Below, piece by piece: positions 8,840 to 18,401 of a DNA stretch of 64,000 nt. Made by a program: the position numbers and the translations under genes. The notes under the pieces were generated by a model. It saw only the letters and a list, made by a program, of their open reading frames with translations, was not told the DNA's origin and did not search any database. Origin of the DNA: Desulfobulbaceae bacterium (GTDB taxonomy: Bacteria > Desulfobacterota > Desulfobulbia > Desulfobulbales > Desulfocapsaceae). The DNA is taken from positions 59,148 to 123,147 of the forward strand of contig JANMSX010000026.1 in NCBI GenBank assembly GCA_031389785.1, read 5' to 3'. The first letter of the stretch is position 1. Each line of letters opens with the position of its first letter.

Positions 8840-11053
8840 CTAACTGATGATGGGATCCATGCTCAATGCCGGATGCCCTTTTTCCTGCAGGAATGGCAGG
8901 ATCTCTTCCTCGGTGACCCCGATCGTCTCGTCGGCGATCATATCGGCGAAGTTCTCGATACCCATTTCCTTTCCACGTAGATTAAGTTTGTCATACAACT
9001 CATCCTTGACCACCTTCGGCATCCAGACCATCCGCAGCAGGCCACCATCGCCGAGGATGAATTTCTTCTGGGTGATATTATACTTTGAATGACCGATAAA
9101 GCCCGGAGACGAGGCGCCACCGCCCATTACACCTGCGAGGGTGGTGAACTTCATACCGGATGGTGTTTCGCCCGCATAATCACGGCCGACGGTCATTACC
9201 CCGTTGCAGGAAGGCAACATGGCGGCAATACACTCACAGCAGCCACAAGTCGTCATCGGGGCATGGACCATGGAATAGAAGTTGTAGGTATCGATAGCCC
9301 CTTTCGAGGCCTTCTTGATGAACTCATCGACACCTTCAAAGCGACCGCGCAGGGGATCGAGGACCTTGCCCTTCAGGACCGGCTGATTCGGCCCGGTCGG
9401 ATTGATCTCGAACGAGGCCTTGCAGTCCATCCAGTTATAGGCGCCGCAGAGCCCGGTCCGCTCTGGGCTGACCGTACAGACATGGCTGGGGGCAAAGGAC
9501 TGACAGAGGGTACAGGAGTAGAAGGTTTCGACATCTTCATCGGTCATCTTGTCGACACGCTCGTCGCGGACCTTGTACTCGGCACGTGCCCTGGTCGTCA
9601 GTTTATCCACATCCTCTTTCTTGGTATACAGCGTAACCTGGACTTTATCGACGATCTTCTTGAAATCCTGATGGAATTTTGCATGGAGCACAACACCGAT
9701 ATCCTTCAGGGTAAAGCCTTTCTCTATTGCTGCCTTGCTGACCCGGACCCAGGAGATATCCCTCTGGCCGATATGCATGATGCCCTGCGTATAGTTGATC
9801 AGATGATGGATCTGCCTTTCCAGGATCGGCTCGAAATCCGACTGGAACTCGCGGCCGGCGATCTGGACGAAGATGCCCAGAGGCAGGGTATCCCCTTCCT
9901 TCAAATCAGGGATATCAGGCCCGACGACGACTACCTTGCCGTCCTCGATCGCACCCATTTCGGCCATATTGACCAGCTCGGTGCACTGGGTCTTGCCGCC
10001 GCCCATCTGGCAGAACAGATCGCCGCCGCGCACGCGCTCGCCCTCAAAGGCCGGGCCGAAGGCGCAGGGGATGTCGATCTCGGTGATATTGATCTTGAGT
10101 CCCCGAACCTCGACAGATTTCTGGCAGATCTCATTGTGGGGAACATTGGCTACAACGTGCTCATAGGTACAGATACCGGTCGGCAGGATCTCCGGGATGT
10201 CGGTATCGGCCAGGGTCGGGAACCCCCAGTTGACGCAACCGGCAGCGGCCACGGCCCACTCGGTGCCTACATCGCCCAGGGCGTTGACGAAGGCGAAGAT
10301 ACGGTTTTTGTTGTACATCAGCATCTTCCGGTAGTCGCCCGGCTCGACGCCGCCAAAGGCCATGGCGGCCCTGTTGGCAAAACCGAGAGCGAAGACCGCC
10401 GACGAGATGTCAGGCCCGAAGGGTACGATACGGGTCTTCCAACCCACCTGCATGCCGGCCTCGAGACACTGCTCGATGACCGTCTTGCCGTTGTGGTTGG
10501 CGGCGCAGAAGATATAAAGACTCTTCTTCTGGTAATCCTCGACGATCATCTTGGCGGTCGCGGCATCCGGGGCGGCACCGACGATGGCGGCAAAGCCGGG
10601 GGCCGAGCCGTCGACGAACTCGACACCGCGCTTACGCAGGATGGTGTCATCGGCCGGTCCCACCCAGATCTTGCCGGCCTCGACATCAGGATCCTCGCCG
10701 AGCATGTAGAAATCCGGCTCACGCAGGATGCGCAGTGCCTCCTTGATCTCATAGGCAAAGATTCCGGCCATACCGGCATCAAGCAGGGGCCCGAGATAGG
10801 GCAAGTGATTACTGCCCTTCACGTGCGGCGGCAGAAGACCGCGGGCGAAGGCCATCGGTTTTTTGAGGTCCTCGAGAGTCTCGCACTTCATGCCGGTAAG
10901 GGAATAGATGACCGGCAGGTAGTAGGCGGTGTTTGGAAAACCAATTTTGGTATCGGCATTGTAGGTCTGAAGGGCCTTCTCAAGCTCTCCTTCGACCTGT
11001 GAAACGACTTTATAGCCACCCTGTATCGCGGCAAATGCAACTAATCTTGACAT
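8840..11053 (-). CDS. acsB: Acetyl-CoA synthase
   Basis: FPNTAYYLP, FYSCTLCQSFAPSHVC, GLCGAYNW, PMTTCGCCEC A-cluster motifs. Confidence 0.98.
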   Translation of the reverse strand: MSRLVAFAAIQGGYKVVSQVEGELEKALQTYNADTKIGFPNTAYYLPVIYSLTGMKCETLEDLKKPMAFARGLLPPHVKGSNHLPYLGPLLDAGMAGIFAYEIKEALRILREPDFYMLGEDPDVEAGKIWVGPADDTILRKRGVEFVDGSAPGFAAIVGAAPDAATAKMIVEDYQKKSLYIFCAANHNGKTVIEQCLEAGMQVGWKTRIVPFGPDISSAVFALGFANRAAMAFGGVEPGDYRKMLMYNKNRIFAFVNALGDVGTEWAVAAAGCVNWGFPTLADTDIPEILPTGICTYEHVVANVPHNEICQKSVEVRGLKINITEIDIPCAFGPAFEGERVRGGDLFCQMGGGKTQCTELVNMAEMGAIEDGKVVVVGPDIPDLKEGDTLPLGIFVQIAGREFQSDFEPILERQIHHLINYTQGIMHIGQRDISWVRVSKAAIEKGFTLKDIGVVLHAKFHQDFKKIVDKVQVTLYTKKEDVDKLTTRARAEYKVRDERVDKMTDEDVETFYSCTLCQSFAPSHVCTVSPERTGLCGAYNWMDCKASFEINPTGPNQPVLKGKVLDPLRGRFEGVDEFIKKASKGAIDTYNFYSMVHAPMTTCGCCECIAAMLPSCNGVMTVGRDYAGETPSGMKFTTLAGVMGGGASSPGFIGHSKYNITQKKFILGDGGLLRMVWMPKVVKDELYDKLNLRGKEMGIENFADMIADETIGVTEEEILPFLQEKGHPALSMDPIIS

Positions 11054-11099
11054 GCTTTCCTCCTTTGTTGAGGATCGAACAGTTTCGGTTATTTACCTA

Positions 11100-13133
11100 T
11101 CACGCCTCTGCCTCAAGTTTCTGTCTGTCGGCCATATCCATGAGGACCCGGTCCCGTGCCTTATCAATGCCCAACTCTTTGCGCTTCTTATCGATATGGG
11201 CAATCATTTTATGGGCATGTTTGATGGGGTCTGCCTCGCAGTCCCATTTACCGCCATAAAGTCCTTCCATATCCTTATAGAGATGATTTTTGAACACAGG
11301 AGCACCTTCCAACGGCAGTGAATAGCCGAAAACGGTATAGACACCCGACGCGACAAAATACTGACCGATGGCGATGGCCTTTTCACTCATCCATTCCGGC
11401 GCACTACCGGCAGCGGGCAGATCGCAGATATCCTTGCCAAGTCCGCCGGCCTTGACAACTTCTGTCGCCGCCAGCAGGATGCGGCTGTTATCGACACAGG
11501 AGCCCAGATGCAGAACCGGCGGGATACCGACGGTCTCACAGACCTCAGCCAAGCCGGGACCACAATGAACTGCGGCTGCTCCGGGGGTCAACAATCCGTG
11601 AATACCGGCAGTGATAGCACTACAACCGGTGGTAAGAACGATGACATCGTTCTTGATCAGTTCCTTGATGATGGTGATATGGTCTTGGTTGTGCTTGGTG
11701 CGGGCATTGTTGCAGCCGACGACACCGGCGATACCGCGGATCCGGCCGTTGATGATATTGTCGTTGAGGGTGTAATAACTGCCCCGGAAAGTCCCGCCCA
11801 GATGATACTGAATGGACTCGACGCCGAATCCGGCAATCTGGGTGGTTTTATGCTGCGGAATCATGACATCGGCGCCACGATTCTTGAAGTTTTCGATGGC
11901 TATTTTGACGATGCGGATGGCATCCTGCATGGCATAGTGCTCATCGAACTCGATATGGATGACATTTTCCTGTTCCATCTTGGCGATGGGGTGGGTGGTG
12001 ATCAGCTTGGTGTGGAAACACTTGGCGACGTTGGCCAGATTCTGGAAGACACACTGGACATCGACGACCATTGCATCACAGGCGCCGGTGATAATGGCAA
12101 GTTCCTGTTGCAGGTAGTTTCCTGCCGGCGGTACGCCGTGACGCTGGAGGATCTCATTGGCCGTACAGCAGATACCGGCGAGTTGGATGCCCTTGGCGCC
12201 TTGCTCCTTGGCATAGGCAATCATCTCCTGGGATTGGGCGGCGGCGACGATCATCTCCGAGAGCAGCGGCTCATGGCCATGGACGATGATATTGACATGG
12301 TCCGCTTTCATGACCCCGAGATTGGCCTCGGACTGCAGAGGAGTGGGAGATCCGAACATGACATCCTGCAGGTCGGTGGCGATCATCGCCCCACCCCAGC
12401 CGTCGGCAAGAGAGGCCCGGGTTCCCTGTTTCATCAGGTTCTTGTAATCCTGATCGACACCCATGTGGGTCCGGTGCATGATCTCAACGATCTCCCGGTC
12501 AATATTTCGAGGCAGGACCCCTTGCTTTTCCCATTTATCCTGCAGAGGCTGGGGGGCTCTCTTCAGGTAGGCAAGCGTTCCCTCGGTTTTTCCCCATTCG
12601 TTCATGGCCGCTTCGGCAACACCGAGAGCGATCTCGTACAAATCCCTATCCTGTTTCTTGCCATCAACCTCAACAGTCGTGGCCACGTTAAAATACGGAG
12701 CAATCTGGATGAGTCTGGCCGGATCTTTGATGGTATAATCCTTGCTTTCCTTTCTGGCAACGGCAAGAAAGGTTTCCGCCACGCTACGGCCGTGGTCGGA
12801 ATGGGCAGCGGCCCCGGCGGCGATCATCCTGGCAAAATTCCGAGCGGCGATAGTGTTCGGGGTGGCTCCGCACAATCCCTTTCTGGTGTCTTCGCCTTCA
12901 ACCCCGCCCTTTGGCAGCGGCAGACGGCACGGCCCCATTGCGCAGTTTTTACAGCAGATCCCCTGTAGACCAATAGCACAGGGTTTCATGGTTACAGCAC
13001 GATCAAAAACCGTTTCGATCTGGAGTTTATGGGCACGTCGTATCATCTCCTGGGTAGACACCTCGATGGACGCTTCCATCGGGTCAGCCAGTTGTGGAGC
13101 TTTAGCGGTACTCGTTTTTGTCTCTTCTGCCAT
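11100..13133 (-). CDS. cooS: CO dehydrogenase subunit of CODH/ACS (AcsA/CooS)
   Basis: CAIGLQGICCKNCAMGPC, HGHEP, GICCTANE, GVVGCNN, GSCVDNSR, PEWMSEKA; directly upstream of acsB. Confidence 0.97.
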   Translation of the reverse strand: MAEETKTSTAKAPQLADPMEASIEVSTQEMIRRAHKLQIETVFDRAVTMKPCAIGLQGICCKNCAMGPCRLPLPKGGVEGEDTRKGLCGATPNTIAARNFARMIAAGAAAHSDHGRSVAETFLAVARKESKDYTIKDPARLIQIAPYFNVATTVEVDGKKQDRDLYEIALGVAEAAMNEWGKTEGTLAYLKRAPQPLQDKWEKQGVLPRNIDREIVEIMHRTHMGVDQDYKNLMKQGTRASLADGWGGAMIATDLQDVMFGSPTPLQSEANLGVMKADHVNIIVHGHEPLLSEMIVAAAQSQEMIAYAKEQGAKGIQLAGICCTANEILQRHGVPPAGNYLQQELAIITGACDAMVVDVQCVFQNLANVAKCFHTKLITTHPIAKMEQENVIHIEFDEHYAMQDAIRIVKIAIENFKNRGADVMIPQHKTTQIAGFGVESIQYHLGGTFRGSYYTLNDNIINGRIRGIAGVVGCNNARTKHNQDHITIIKELIKNDVIVLTTGCSAITAGIHGLLTPGAAAVHCGPGLAEVCETVGIPPVLHLGSCVDNSRILLAATEVVKAGGLGKDICDLPAAGSAPEWMSEKAIAIGQYFVASGVYTVFGYSLPLEGAPVFKNHLYKDMEGLYGGKWDCEADPIKHAHKMIAHIDKKRKELGIDKARDRVLMDMADRQKLEAEA

Positions 13134-13205
13134 GAGAAGTTCCTCCTCGAATTATGATCAAAAAATAACCAATTGCTTTAAGATCGATACTGTACTGCAA
13201 CCTCG

Positions 13206-14753
13206 TCAATTGACCTGCCTCTTGTGGAATCTGTTGAGCATCGCAAGTATTTTCTCCTGCTCCGTCATCTGAACTGCGGCAGGTGTCATGGAGCTTGCCG
13301 CTGATGCCGCCACCTGATGCGCTGCCGAACTCTTGCGTTCCTGCTGCCTCTTTTCCTTCAAGGCCGTTTCCTCGGCCGCCCGTGCTGCCTTCGCTGCCAA
13401 AACGGCGTCCGCTTCGGCCTTGGCTTTCTCCTCGGCAGAAGCCTTTGCCTTCACCTCTGCGTCAGCCTTGGCTTTTGCTTCGGCTTCTACTTTGGCCTTG
13501 GCGTCGGCTTCGGCTTTGGCCTTGGCATCAGCTTCCGCCTTGACCTTGGATTCCGCCTCCGCCTTCGCTGCAAGCGCAGGATCGACAGCCGGTGCTGCCG
13601 GTGCTGCTGTCTTGGCTTCTACCTTGGGTGCTGCCGGTTTTACTGCTTCCGCTTTGGCGGCAGGGGCGGCAGGGGCGGCTGCCTTTGCCGGTGCCGGTTT
13701 CTTCTTTTCTTCCTCTATGGTCAGATCCAGCGCCGGAGCCAGAGCCGCGAAATCGACTTTGACATCGGCCATTTTCTTAGCTATGGGTGCCGTCTCCTTG
13801 GCAGATCCTCCATCCGCCAGAATCTTGATGAAATCCTTTACCAGACGGATCGATTCAGGATGGCGCATGATGAGGAGACTGGTACCGCTCATCAGATAGG
13901 AGACCGCACCGATCGCCTCCATCATGATGCCACGTTTTTCGGGATCTCCCAGCAGAGGCGCATCCTCCACAACTTGTTTGGCCTCTTTGCTTTTCCAAAC
14001 CTCGTTGCCGAGATTATTGATCATCGGATACTGAAGTTTCTCGTCTCCCTGGGTCATGGCGGCCATGGTCAGACGCTCCATGACCGAGTAGGAATATTCC
14101 AGGCCGTAGCCCAAACCGCCGGTGGTGGGATCGACCAAGACCCTGTCCATCGGCATGCCGAAATTTTCCAGGAGAATATTAATCTGTTTGGCCAGATTGA
14201 CATCGATCGGCGAGGATGCGATGATGCTGTGCCCATAACCCATCGCCGCCGCGGCGATACCCTTGTAATTTTTTTCCTCGACCGGCCCGAGAATGACATT
14301 CCCGCCCTGGCAGGCCTCACAGACTGCCTTGAAAACCTCTTCGTCCTTCGCGGGATTGGCACAACCCCAGACAATCAGCGGCACCTTGATGGCATCCATA
14401 ACCTTCTTGACCGTCGCCGCCGCGTCTTCAGCCTTCGCGTCCTTGTCGTTCGGGTCGATACTTTTCAATTGCAGGACAATTGCCTCTGCACCATATACCT
14501 CGACACATTTTTTGGCCCAGGCCACCGGATCTGAAACCACATCCGTGAAGTGGGCGAGCGCCGGCTTGGCCCAGTCTTCAGGTTCCATGTCCCAAATCTC
14601 CATGGCAATAACCGGTTTGTTGGGCATCTTGCCCTCAAACGTGTAAAAGGGATAGCAGGTCTGGCCTCCAACGGTTACGGCCGAATCACCTTTGCCAATG
14701 GAAATCTCCCTTATGCCTCCGGTATAGGATTCCTTCCTCATTTCAAATCCCAC
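13206..14753 (-). CDS. acsD: Corrinoid Fe-S protein small (delta) subunit with long Ala/Lys/Glu-rich C-terminal tail
   Basis: IASSPIDVNLAKQIN, DPTTGGLGYGLEYSYSVMER, LIMRHP; GTG start after GGAGG. Confidence 0.95.
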   Translation of the reverse strand: MGFEMRKESYTGGIREISIGKGDSAVTVGGQTCYPFYTFEGKMPNKPVIAMEIWDMEPEDWAKPALAHFTDVVSDPVAWAKKCVEVYGAEAIVLQLKSIDPNDKDAKAEDAAATVKKVMDAIKVPLIVWGCANPAKDEEVFKAVCEACQGGNVILGPVEEKNYKGIAAAAMGYGHSIIASSPIDVNLAKQINILLENFGMPMDRVLVDPTTGGLGYGLEYSYSVMERLTMAAMTQGDEKLQYPMINNLGNEVWKSKEAKQVVEDAPLLGDPEKRGIMMEAIGAVSYLMSGTSLLIMRHPESIRLVKDFIKILADGGSAKETAPIAKKMADVKVDFAALAPALDLTIEEEKKKPAPAKAAAPAAPAAKAEAVKPAAPKVEAKTAAPAAPAVDPALAAKAEAESKVKAEADAKAKAEADAKAKVEAEAKAKADAEVKAKASAEEKAKAEADAVLAAKAARAAEETALKEKRQQERKSSAAHQVAASAASSMTPAAVQMTEQEKILAMLNRFHKRQVN

Positions 14754-15054
14754 GACTACCTCCTTGCATCTGAGTGTTTATTCTCCTCTAGGTCATTGTG
14801 CCATGGGGCGCCGGTTTTTCCTGTTCTGCCGGCACTTCCCGTGACGCCAACCTCCCCTTTTACGCCAAAGACGTTCACAACAATCAACAGCCTGCCCCGG
14901 AGTGTCCACAAGGGCAATCAGGTATGCAGGGATGCATCGCTGCAACGGTCCGAAACAGTAAACCACACATACCACAAATGCGCAAACCTAATAGTAGCAG
15001 AGCATTCATTGCAGAACCCAATGCAGCGTATATCCGACCCAACATACCGCACAC

Positions 15055-16989
15055 TTACCGTTTCCTCCCTTCAATCCTCTGTTTCGTCCGTGGAAATTTC
15101 TCGATTTCCGTGTGTGGCAGAAACATCGCCGCCACATAATTGCTCATATAGGAAGGTGTCTCGGACAACTCAAAATTTGTCATTTTCTTTGTCACTTCAA
15201 CAACATCCTTGCGGATCCTGTTAGTCAGCGAACTCATCCGCGCTCCCATCAGCGAGCCATTGCCGATAAAGGTGACCCGGTCCGCATCGATTTCCGGCAG
15301 CAGACCGATGGTCATGGCACGGTCAAGATCAATATAGCTGCCGAACCCTCCGGCCAGGATGATATGCTCCACCAGATCCATGGTCAACCCGACCTCTTCC
15401 AGAAGGGTCATACAGCCGCTGTAGATCGCCCCTTTCGCCCGGATGAGATTATCGATATCCGGCTCCGACAGGGCTATGTCGCGGTCAATCTGGGTCTCCC
15501 CCCGCCAGGCCAGGACATACTCCCAGACGCCGTTGGTGTTGCGGATTCGCGTTGTGTTCAGCTCGCGGTTGAAATGCCCGCGGTTGTTGATCAGGCCCAT
15601 TTCGAGCATCTCGGCGGTTATGGCGATCAGCCCGGAACCGCAGATGCCCTTCGGCCTGACATTGCCGATCGTCACCAGCATCGGCTCAAAGGTCACCGGG
15701 TCAAGAGAAAAATCCTCGATCGCACCCTTGGCCGCCCGCATGCCGAACTCTATCCCGCCGCCCTCAAAAGCAGGACCGGCCGAACAGGCGGCACAGGCCA
15801 GCCAGTCTTTGTTGCCGATGACGATCACGGCATTGGTGCCGATATCGAGGAACAAGGTCAGCTTCTCGCTGCGATACATGCCCGAGCCCATGATCCCTGC
15901 AACGATATCGCCGCCGACATAACTCGACACCACCGGATAGAGGAGGGCGATGACCTTGTCGTTGATATCGATCCCTATGGTCGCCGCCACGAATGGTGGG
16001 TATATGGTCGAGGCCGGGACATAGGGCGCCCGCCGCAGGTAGCGGGGCTCGATATCGAGCAGGAGCTGGGTCATGGTTGTGTTGCCGGCCATGGTGATGG
16101 TCGAAATGTTTTCGCGCCCGATCTGCGATTGCCGGAGTATCTCGACTATTACCCTGTTGATCGTGGTAACCACGACCTCCTGAAGTTTTTTCCGCCCTTC
16201 CGGCTTTTCCGCGTAGATGATGCGGCTGATGACATCTTCGCCGTAACTGATCTGGCCGTTAAAGTCACCGTACTCGCCGAGACAGTCGCCGCTGGCCAGG
16301 TTGATCAGCTGTCCGTAGATGGTAGTCGTGCCGATGTCCATGGCGATTGCGTAATTGGCGGACGTGGTATCGCCGGCCTGGACATCGATGATGAGGGTCT
16401 TACCGTCGTCCCGGACCGGCCGGATGAGAGTAACCGTGACCCGGAAATCTTCCTGCCGGAGGACAGCCGGCAATTTCCGGATGACCTGCAGGGTCAGCTC
16501 GAGCTTGTGCTCATTGGCCCTGAGCTTGAGGTATTCGATCAGCCTGGTGACATCAGGCATATTGTTCTGGGCATCCGGGGGAGAGAGCTCCAGGTATATT
16601 TTTTCGACCGGAGGGATAAACAGCCCCTGTTCCTTGAGGCTGTTGAAATCCATTTGCCGAATGGTGGCGGTTCGTCTGGGTAATCCAAGTTTATTGAGGA
16701 CGCTTGCGTCTATTGAGGATTCGACAGGGATACGTATCGTTACATCTTCGGTAATCCGGGCAAGGCAGGCAAGACGATAGCCTTTTTCCACATCCTCGCG
16801 GCTCAACCGTTCAGAGATACCCTCTGCAACCTGCCCCTGTTCGATTAGAACCCGGCATTTTCCGCAAATCCCTTCACCACCGCACGAAGCGTTGATGTGC
16901 ACACCTGCCCTGAGAGCTGTGCGGATGAGATTATCCCCTGGGACAACCTCTATATCCCTGCTGTGAGGCAGAAATGTAACTTTACACAT
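15055..16989 (-). CDS. ASKHA-domain reductive activator of corrinoid proteins (RACo/AcsV-like)
   Basis: N-terminal 2Fe-2S ASCGGEGICGKC...RLAC, DIGTTT, YVGGDIVAG, AGPAFEG, GICGSG; start uncertain (16989, 16995 or 17010). Confidence 0.92.
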   Translation of the reverse strand: MCKVTFLPHSRDIEVVPGDNLIRTALRAGVHINASCGGEGICGKCRVLIEQGQVAEGISERLSREDVEKGYRLACLARITEDVTIRIPVESSIDASVLNKLGLPRRTATIRQMDFNSLKEQGLFIPPVEKIYLELSPPDAQNNMPDVTRLIEYLKLRANEHKLELTLQVIRKLPAVLRQEDFRVTVTLIRPVRDDGKTLIIDVQAGDTTSANYAIAMDIGTTTIYGQLINLASGDCLGEYGDFNGQISYGEDVISRIIYAEKPEGRKKLQEVVVTTINRVIVEILRQSQIGRENISTITMAGNTTMTQLLLDIEPRYLRRAPYVPASTIYPPFVAATIGIDINDKVIALLYPVVSSYVGGDIVAGIMGSGMYRSEKLTLFLDIGTNAVIVIGNKDWLACAACSAGPAFEGGGIEFGMRAAKGAIEDFSLDPVTFEPMLVTIGNVRPKGICGSGLIAITAEMLEMGLINNRGHFNRELNTTRIRNTNGVWEYVLAWRGETQIDRDIALSEPDIDNLIRAKGAIYSGCMTLLEEVGLTMDLVEHIILAGGFGSYIDLDRAMTIGLLPEIDADRVTFIGNGSLMGARMSSLTNRIRKDVVEVTKKMTNFELSETPSYMSNYVAAMFLPHTEIEKFPRTKQRIEGRKR

Positions 16990-17239
16990 TTCCATTCGCT
17001 TCGTCCGCAACGGTGCCTGAAAAGCACACTTCTAATCCAGCTGTCACAATCCGCAAGTTTCCTTCTCCCGGCCATTTCCATGCTTTGCGGGAAAGTGCCA
17101 GGGAGGGTAAAATCCTGGCCGGGGGCATGTCATGCCGGACCGTTCTTTCTTTCTTGCTGTACAGGGAATAGGATCTCTTCAAAAGGTACAGATACCTTAG
17201 TTTAAAAACAAACAAACATTCTTTTTGTTAGGGTAGCAT

Positions 17240-17289
17240 ATCATTCCTACTGATGAGAGCGACTCTCATTCACATACTTGAGGAATGAT
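17240..17289. promoter_or_regulatory. Nested palindrome upstream of RACo/acs genes (candidate operator or RNA hairpin)
   Basis: ATCATTCCT...ATGAGAG-CGA-CTCTCAT...AGGAATGAT. Confidence 0.4.
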
Positions 17290-17384
17290 TCCCTGCTCCA
17301 ATAATTAGCTAAAAAAAAAGACGGCCACCCTCCGACCGCTCTGTCTATTCTTCCGCAAAGAAAACCTTTCACATAAATAATTTC

Positions 17385-17858
17385 TCAATAATACGGCGCT
17401 ATTCTGATCTCCGACGCAGCCAGCCCCTCAATGCCTCCCACTGCCCTTTCGATCCTGGCGGAAATTGCCGCGGACTGGTTCTCGGGCGCCTTGACATGGA
17501 TATGCACCCTGCCGGCATCGACAAAGACCCCGGCCGTCGGAAAATCAAACAATGCCGCTTTGACCTCGGCGGTCAGGGCGAGATCCTGAAGGTAAACGTA
17601 CCTGTCATTTTTCAGGAAACGCAGTATCGACGAAGAGATAAAGTTTACAAAACGCTCACGACCGAAGGAGAGGCGCTCCAGGGTCTGCACGGCATACTGG
17701 AAATTATGCATGACCCTGATTTCCGGGGTATCAAATTCCCTGCTCGATGCCAGGATCGTATCCCTGGAAATGCAGGCATAGCCGAGAACCTCGGCCACCT
17801 TCTGCGCCACCTCACTGCCCCGGTGATAACTGCCCCGGGAAATGCTGATAATCGACAT
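17385..17858 (-). pseudogene. Cytidylate kinase-like family protein, apparently internally deleted
   Basis: ISISRGSYHRGSEVAQKVAEVLGYACISR N-terminus joins directly to a BON-like C-terminus; the central region appears absent. Confidence 0.55.
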
Positions 17859-17909
17859 GGTCCGCTCCTTCCTGCTCAGCCGTAGGCGATCAGAACGAGG
17901 CAGAAATCA

Positions 17910-18086
17910 CTATGCCGGAGCCTGGCATGCCTTCGGGTCAAACATCTTTTGGCACTGCGGACATTTGACGGACTTTTCCATTTCATCGGCAAAAAGCTCG
18001 ACACCCGCCTTGCAGGCTGGACAGACGATCTTCACTTCTTTTAACTGCTTGTTGCTCTCGAATCCCGGACAATGCTGGTCGGTCAT
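17910..18086 (-). CDS. Small zinc-ribbon protein (58 aa), not in ORF track
   Basis: MTDQHCPGFESNKQLKEVKIVCPACKAGVELFADEMEKSVKCPQCQKMFDPKACQAPA; AAGGAG RBS; TAG at 17910-17912. Confidence 0.75.
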   Translation of the reverse strand: MTDQHCPGFESNKQLKEVKIVCPACKAGVELFADEMEKSVKCPQCQKMFDPKACQAPA

Positions 18087-18180
18087 GGCATTTCTCCTTC
18101 TTTGATCAATTCATCCAATAAATTCGGCCCATCGGCAGACACTTCTCCACCGTTCTCCTGCGGAAGAAGAAGTCAATCCG

Positions 18181-18372
18181 TCAAGGCAGGACAAACTCCT
18201 GTCCCTTTTCTTTTTTCTTCTCTTTCTCGAGAAAATGGATGGCGCACGCTGATCGGTACTTGCAGTAGAAATCCGGATCCTTGCAGGAAATACAGGCCTC
18301 ACAGAGAGAATATTCGTATTTCATACACGTATAGGCTGCCTCCACCTCCGGATGATTCCTGCATTTTGCCAT
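18181..18372 (-). CDS. Small Cys-rich, B-box-like protein (63 aa)
   Basis: CRNHP...C...CEACISC...CKYRSAC; GAGG RBS; directly after folD. Confidence 0.7.
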   Translation of the reverse strand: MAKCRNHPEVEAAYTCMKYEYSLCEACISCKDPDFYCKYRSACAIHFLEKEKKKEKGQEFVLP

Positions 18373-18401
18373 CGTCGCGACATTCCTCTCCCGCAGAACG
18401 T

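Noticed and set aside
13380-13700. Repetitive DNA resembling an array
   Set aside because: Encodes the AcsD Ala/Lys tail; no repeat-spacer structure and no cas genes, so not CRISPR.
17085-17100. Possible sigma-54 promoter TGGCACTTTCCCGC before RACo
   Set aside because: GG-to-GC spacing is one base short of the strict -24/-12 requirement.
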